Positions 58,367 to 64,000 of a stretch of DNA of 64,000 bases are shown in pieces; the stretch's first letter is position 1; every line of letters begins with the position of its first letter. Location of the stretch: the NCBI GenBank assembly GCA_963758525.1, contig CAVWVQ010000003.1, positions 3,712,001-3,776,000 of the forward strand, in the 5' to 3' direction. Under the pieces are notes generated by a model. That model searched no databases. It was not told where the DNA came from and worked only from the letters and a program-made list of their open reading frames with translations. The position numbers were made by a program, and so were the translations under genes. The DNA is from an uncultured Phycisphaerales bacterium. GTDB taxonomy: Bacteria > Planctomycetota > Phycisphaerae > Tepidisphaerales > Tepidisphaeraceae.

Positions 58367-59330
58367 TCATTCCGCGGGGCGCAATAGGATGCGCGACTTC
58401 CCGCGCACGGCTTCTTCGTACGCCGCTGCCGCCTGCGACAGCGGCCGCGGAATTCCGGCAATGGCTCGCAATGTTCCGGATTGAAATGCGGGCGACATCG
58501 CAGCGAGCATTGTTGCGCATGCCACCGCGTCAAGGTCTCGGGAGTCGACGCCGATGATGCACAGCATCTTCCGATAGACGTCGCGCAGGTTGAATGTGAC
58601 GATCCCATTCTGCGGCGCGGTGATCACCGCAAGCCGCCCCTTCAGTGCCGCTGCTTCCACCGCCTCGGCGAACATCATCCCGCTGGTGTCCAGGACGATA
58701 CTCGCTCCCAGTCCGTCGCTGTGCGCGCGAACTTGCGCCGCAAAATCGGACGATCGCGACGAAATCACTTCGTCCGCCCCGTGCTCCCGCGCGGCGGCGA
58801 AGTCCTTGTCATCCCGCACCGCGCCAATCACCCGCGCCGTGCAGCCTGGCAATCTGCACGGCCGCCGAACCGACTCCTCCCGCCGCGCCGATGATCAGCA
58901 CGCGATCCGCGGAGGATATGCCCGCGGATGTGACCAGCGCCTGCCACGCGGTCACGAATGTGACTCCCGCGCTTCCCGCCGCGTCGGCAGTCAGCCCCGC
59001 CGGCCGCAGAGCAACTCCATCGCGCGGCAGCAGAATGTATTGCGCGTGGCTGCCGTCGCGCGTGAAGCCGACGTCCCCGCCGGTTCCCCACACTTCTTTC
59101 CCAATAAGATCCGCTGGTCCGCGCGCCACGACCCCGGCAAAATCTCGACCAGGGACGCGCGGCAAAGTCGTCCCGTGCATCACGCCGGTCACATTTTTCA
59201 CATCACTCGGATTGATCGACGCCGACTGCACCTCCACCAGCACCTCGTCTCCGGCCGGCTCGGGTGTTGGAATCTCCTCGACTCTCAGATTCTTTACGTC
59301 GCCGAATTGCCGAATGAGCACTGCGCGCAT
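58367..59330 (-). CDS. MDR/quinone oxidoreductase-like dehydrogenase; frameshift near 58850
   Basis: MRAVLIRQFG, SINPSD, PGRDFAG, GAAGGVGSAAVQIA, continuing in ORF 58367-58852. Confidence 0.88.
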
Positions 59331-59430
59331 GGACCTGCCTTTCGTGTTTTTCCATGAACGTCCGCGGCCTACGCTGGCCTTCGGGCAGCCGCTAAACGCG
59401 GGCGTCAAGGCACAATCTGATTCAGAGCAA

Positions 59431-60410
59431 TCAGGGCCGCGTTTGGGGGGACTCTCGCTCCCCGGCAGCCGCACCTTTGGAACGATCCGCTCAATCTGCG
59501 TCCGGTGTTTCTCCAGCCAAGGGGGCAGCATCAGCTTGCGGCCTAATTCCTCCGCCGGTTGATCCGCGGTGAATCCGGGATTCTCCGTCGCGATTTCGAA
59601 CAAAACGCCGCCCGGCTCGCGGTAATAGATCGAATGGAAATACGTTCGATCCATCACCGGCGAGACATTGAATCCCGCGTCCACGATCTTGCCGCGCCAT
59701 GCCAGTTGCCCGGCATCATCTGCCGTTCGAAAAGCCACATGATGCACCACACCGGCTCCCATCGTCCCCACCCGCGCCGCCGGAAGGCAGACCAGATCGA
59801 CGGTTGCAGCAAACCCGTCGCCTGCTCCGGCATGATAACGAAATCGATCCTGGTCACTTTCGCCGGCTTTGAATCCCATCACTTCGGTCAGCAAACGAGC
59901 CGTGCTCTCATACCCTCCCTCGGAAATCGTGATGCTGTCGAACCCGCGAATCGCCAGCTCTTGCGGTATCGTCCCGCCCGTCCACGGCGTCCCCCGCGGC
60001 TCTTTGTTGCCGATGATCTCCAACTGCATGCCGTCCGGGTCAACAAAGTTGATGACCGGCTGACCAAATCGCTCGCTCCCCGCCGCCGGCTTGATCCCGT
60101 GCTCCGCCAGCCGCGCCCGCCAGAACTCGATGGCGCTGCTCGGCACCGCGAACGCCGTGGTCGTCACCTGCGGCGGCCCAATGTGGCCCCGGTATGCGCC
60201 GGGCCATGCGAAGAAGGTCATGACGGTTCCCGGCCGACCCAGTTCGTCGCCGTAATAGAGGTGGTAGCTGCCCGGGTCGTCGAAGTTCACCGTCAGCTTT
60301 ACAAGACGCAGGCCGAGCACGCCAGCGTAGAAGTTGATGTTGTTTTGCGCGTCAGCGGTGATGGCGGTGACGTGATGGAGTCCTTCGAGCGTGGGTCGTA
60401 TTGGATTCAT
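59431..60410 (-). CDS. Ring-cleaving dioxygenase (VOC, MhqO-like); stop probably lost to an indel
   Basis: GLHHVTAI, KLTVNFDDP..YHLYYG, HHVAFR, DRTYFHSIYYREPGGVLFEIAT. Confidence 0.9.
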
Positions 60411-60569
60411 AAGAACATTCCCCGTGGCATGGGCGTCCCGCCCATGTTCAGGAGCGCCCGACGCTAGAGAAAACCTCGACAGCGAGAAAAACACTCACTC
60501 CGGCGCATTCCAACACGGGCGGGATACCCGTGCCACCCGTGCCACCGGGCGAGCAAAGTTTCGCTAAAC

Positions 60570-61232
60570 TCATTTGTCTGTTGCCGTCGCGCCGGCGACC
60601 AGGTTCAACATCGCCCGGCAGGCGTCGATTTCATCCTCGTTGATTCCGTGGCCCATCCCGGGATAGCGCCGCAGTTCCACCTCCGCGCCCATGCGGGCCA
60701 GGACTTGCTCGGTTTCGCGAACGCGCTCGAACGGGACGTGGGAATCCGGATCGCCGCTGCCGAGAAATACCGGCGTTCCTGCCAGCGACCCCGGATAGTT
60801 TCGCGGTGTGCCCGCTGGTCCGATCAACCCCCCGGTGAGGGCAATGACCGCTCCGTACCGTCGCGGATGCCGGGCGGCGAATTCGACGCTCAAACAAGCG
60901 CCCTGCGAAAATCCCATGATCACGATTCGTTCGCTCGGCACGCGGCGCGAAAGCAAATTGGCGACGAGCGTTTCCACACGCGCCAGCGCCGAGTCGAGCC
61001 AGGGCTGATTCGCCGCGATCGGCGCGAGAAACGAGTTGGGATACCAGGTGTTCAGCGCCGCCTGCGGCGCGAGCGCGGCGAATCGCTCATCGGCCAGCTC
61101 GCGATAGAGCGCCATCATGTCATGGGCGGATGCGCCGCGGCCGTGCAGCATGATGATGGCTCCGGCCGCCTTGTCGGACGACGGGCCGGCGGCGAGGACT
61201 TCGCCATTTGCGTGAGGTGAGTGGTTGTCCAA
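60570..61232 (-). CDS. Phospholipase/carboxylesterase (alpha/beta hydrolase; start uncertain)
   Basis: LHGRG, GFSQG nucleophile, DPDSHVP, MGH. Confidence 0.88.
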   Translation of the reverse strand: MDNHSPHANGEVLAAGPSSDKAAGAIIMLHGRGASAHDMMALYRELADERFAALAPQAALNTWYPNSFLAPIAANQPWLDSALARVETLVANLLSRRVPSERIVIMGFSQGACLSVEFAARHPRRYGAVIALTGGLIGPAGTPRNYPGSLAGTPVFLGSGDPDSHVPFERVRETEQVLARMGAEVELRRYPGMGHGINEDEIDACRAMLNLVAGATATDK

Positions 61233-61436
61233 AGCCTGCTCCGTTGCACCGGGGAATATGAGTGCATATACCGTAGCGTCAGGAGAATTAACTGCCAATG
61301 AGCGGGCGGTGCTTCGATTTGGTTCAATTTGAGATTCGGGGCAAGTTTCAGCGCGTTGGGCCGCTTGATCATCTCACAATGATGACGCAACTCCACGGCA
61401 GACTCCCGCGCCCGACTCCTCCGGGCGCGCTGCCGG

Positions 61437-64000
61437 CTACTTCGCGGCGGCAAACTCGCGCGAATGCATCATCGCGGCGGAAACGCTTCGATGCAGCAGA
61501 TCCGCTCCCAGCGAACCGTGCAGGCTGGCCAAATACTCGGCCGACTGGACCTCGGCCAGCGCTTCGCGGGCTCTGGCGAGCGTGCTGCGAACGTGCAGGC
61601 GCTCGGCTTCATGGGCGTAACCGGGGCGGAGCAGGAACGCCTCGAGCGCGTCGACGTGGCGCTGCCAGACGTTGGCGTCGATCCGTTGTTTGGCGGCAAG
61701 ACGCCGGGCATACCACTCGCTGGATAGCAGGTAGTCGCGGGTGAAAAGCTGGCGCACCTTTGGATGGTCCAACGGGAGATGTTCGAAGTGCCCGTCCCGC
61801 ATGATGTGCAGCAGCGCCGCCAGCGGGGGGCAGGCCCACGCGATGCTGCCGTCGTCGAAATAGGCGCGGGCGACGCGCTGCTGCGTGGCGAGAATGTTAT
61901 CCACGCCTTCGATGAACGTCGCCAGATCCTGGAGCTCGGGCCGGAGCATTTCGTCGGTGAAGACGACGTGCGGGTGATTGAATACCCGGCCGAAGTAGGT
62001 GTTCACAAATCGCCGCGTGATGCGGTAGCCGAGGCGGCTTGCGAGAACGGTTCGGCCGTCATGCTCGAAGTCGGCGCACTTTTCCAGATAGCCGTTGCGG
62101 ATCAGGAAAGCGGGCGATCTTTCCTGCACCGACATTCGGCACCAGATCTCCGGCACCAGCAGGCTCACATCATGATCAACGCGCACATGCGGCCCCACAT
62201 AGCCGGCGGCGGTGATGAAGACATCGGATTCACACAACACGTAGGAGACCAGCGCGTTGTTGAGATCGATGATGGGCGGAAGCGCGTTAAACGGGCCCTT
62301 GGTCAACGCCCCTTCCGAACCGGCGCCGGTGGTGGAGGGGCTCTTGCCGGTCATGGAGCAGATGATCTCCATGAACAGCTCGGGAAGGTCCATGTAGTGA
62401 ATCGGATTATGCACCGCCAGCGCGCGAATGCCGGCGGCAGGTTCCGGCGGATTGTTCCGCCGGCCCGGAAGCACCGCGCTGACGGGCGTGTGCGCGGGCT
62501 GATCGGGCGCGATGCGGCGATGAAGCCGCAGCGCGATGTCCGCCAGATAGGTTTCCCGCGGGTTGATCAGATCATTGCGTTTCTGCAGATAGCGCGGGTT
62601 CTTCGAGGGCTTACCATCCACAAGGCGCGGATATGCCGGTGAGAGGAAATACCCGCAGCCGGTGCCGGCGGCGCTTTCCCGGGCGACGGCGCGGATCAAT
62701 TGCCGCATCGGCTCGGTATATTCATCGAACCCGATCGAGTCCTCCATCAACTCGCGGGCCTTGCTGGCGGGGATCGGCTCGTAGTTTGAGAAGAAATGGC
62801 CCGACTCGGAAAAGTCCCTTTCCGTTCGCTTGTCGTACCCGCGATGGATCGCGTCGTCGGGGCGCTGAAACAGCAAGGTTTCGCAATTGGTGATGAACTT
62901 CACCGAGGCATTCAAATATTGCTTGTTAAGCCCTTCGAGCCGATTCGCTGACACCACGATCGAAGCGCTGATGTCGTCTTCCATTTGCAGCTTGACGGCG
63001 GGCTGAAAGTCCTTGCGCAGCCCGAAGGTTCGCCACGAGCCGTCATGGTCGTAGCCGACGCGAAGGTAATTGGTCACGAGCTTGCGATTGTCGCATTTCA
63101 GCTCGTTACCCGGTTTGCCGTTGATGATGTCGACGCTGAAATGCTCCTGCCAGTTGTCGTTCCACTCCGCTTTGTAGAAGCGTTTGACGACGAAGACAAG
63201 TTCCTTGATGTACTGCGGAATCGTCGCGAGCCACGCGTTGTATTCCGGGGTGTACTCCCGCGAATGGGGCGTCAGCAGTTGAATGACCGATCCCAGCGAA
63301 CGGGCGTTGCTGAGAATCGGCCGGCTCTTGTCCTTTCGCTTCTCAAGGTCCTTGAAACGATCCGCGTAGTCGCGCCGGATCAGCGCTGCCACGCGCTCAA
63401 AGTCGCTGTCAAAATCCGCGACGAAGACCGGGCCGGCGATGATCGCATCGGTGATCGGCTTGCTGATTTCCGATTTTCCGCCGCCGGAAACCGTGCACGG
63501 TTTGTGGCAAAACGTCGGCTCCGCCACGGTTCCGACCAGGCGCCAGGCTCTCCCGCCCGGCGGCTTCTCCATATGCACTTTGTAGCCGGAGGGCCGCACG
63601 TACGTCTTGCCGGGGAGCAGCCGCATCGACCTTTCGCAAGGCTTTCCCTCCGCGTCGGTCCAGGGCCAGCTCACCTTCTGGGCAAGCAGGTCGAAAGCCA
63701 CATTCTCCGAGACGTAGACGATGTCGCTGTACTTCTTGTCGGTCGCGTATCCGTCGAGATGCACGTCCATGCGCTGGGCGTAGGTCGAGATCATGTCCGC
63801 GTAGCTGTGATCCAGCCGGGGGACGTGCAGATGTCCGCTGAACTCCTCGCCCAGGTCATAGCTGGGATAGACCAGAGCGCCGCCGGCGTGTTCTTCTTCG
63901 CATGCGCCAAACAGATTCGCCGCGAAGCTGATCTGCGTCTTCACTTCCTTCTTGCAGTAGCCGTAATAGTTGTCCGCGATGACCGTGACGATGACGCCCG
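61437..64000 (-). CDS. Pyrophosphate-type phosphoenolpyruvate carboxykinase; 5' end outside window
   Basis: DNYYGYCKKEVKTQIS, CHKPCTVSGGGKSEISK, QRPDDAIHRGYDK, GKSPSTTGAGSEGALTKGPFN. Confidence 0.85.
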   Translation of the reverse strand, partial: GVIVTVIADNYYGYCKKEVKTQISFAANLFGACEEEHAGGALVYPSYDLGEEFSGHLHVPRLDHSYADMISTYAQRMDVHLDGYATDKKYSDIVYVSENVAFDLLAQKVSWPWTDAEGKPCERSMRLLPGKTYVRPSGYKVHMEKPPGGRAWRLVGTVAEPTFCHKPCTVSGGGKSEISKPITDAIIAGPVFVADFDSDFERVAALIRRDYADRFKDLEKRKDKSRPILSNARSLGSVIQLLTPHSREYTPEYNAWLATIPQYIKELVFVVKRFYKAEWNDNWQEHFSVDIINGKPGNELKCDNRKLVTNYLRVGYDHDGSWRTFGLRKDFQPAVKLQMEDDISASIVVSANRLEGLNKQYLNASVKFITNCETLLFQRPDDAIHRGYDKRTERDFSESGHFFSNYEPIPASKARELMEDSIGFDEYTEPMRQLIRAVARESAAGTGCGYFLSPAYPRLVDGKPSKNPRYLQKRNDLINPRETYLADIALRLHRRIAPDQPAHTPVSAVLPGRRNNPPEPAAGIRALAVHNPIHYMDLPELFMEIICSMTGKSPSTTGAGSEGALTKGPFNALPPIIDLNNALVSYVLCESDVFITAAGYVGPHVRVDHDVSLLVPEIWCRMSVQERSPAFLIRNGYLEKCADFEHDGRTVLASRLGYRITRRFVNTYFGRVFNHPHVVFTDEMLRPELQDLATFIEGVDNILATQQRVARAYFDDGSIAWACPPLAALLHIMRDGHFEHLPLDHPKVRQLFTRDYLLSSEWYARRLAAKQRIDANVWQRHVDALEAFLLRPGYAHEAERLHVRSTLARAREALAEVQSAEYLASLHGSLGADLLHRSVSAAMMHSREFAAAK

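Noticed and set aside
58809..60494. Apparent dioxygenase-quinone oxidoreductase fusion (561-aa ORF)
   Set aside because: One extra base in the G6 run near 59445 restores a TGA at 59431. The linker is repeat-like and the second gene has its own RBS-like sequence and ATG.

Overview
GC-rich bacterial chromosome segment. Gene families (prenyltransferase-repeat/DUF4159 proteins, a CxxCG-DLR zinc-ribbon protein, a crtM-less C30 carotenoid cluster) suggest a Planctomycete, probably Phycisphaerae; this is inference. About ten genes carry apparent small-indel frameshifts, including essential aspS, which looks like uncorrected long-read error. From left to right: an ammonia-lyase/ketosynthase/desaturase/acyltransferase lipid or aryl-polyene-like cluster, aspS, GH113, an orphan eutB, a Ser/Thr kinase, two convergent DUF4159 paralogues, a TetR-RND efflux operon, an S10 peptidase, fumC, a stand-alone flagellin plus a CapD-like dehydratase, trpS, C30 carotenoid genes, the exonuclease-ligase-Lhr-PdeM DNA repair operon, a 2.6 kb tRNA array, TrmO-like and DsbA-like genes, fabF, VOC dioxygenase/esterase genes and a partial PPi-type PEPCK. 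The most notable locus is the tRNA array (51.66-54.48 kb). It has 15 CCA-less tRNAs, several with non-canonical identity elements, two aberrant tRNA-like RNAs, an embedded small ORF and a boxA-like element. Upstream lie an ECF-type promoter candidate and a 27-aa leader peptide overlapping mutually exclusive hairpins. Apart from the initiator Met, the leader uses exactly the 14 amino acids represented in the array, which suggests a multi-amino-acid attenuator. Intergenic regions hold many REP-like palindromes and 7-8 nt tandem repeats; one REP copy sits in frame inside the Lhr helicase.
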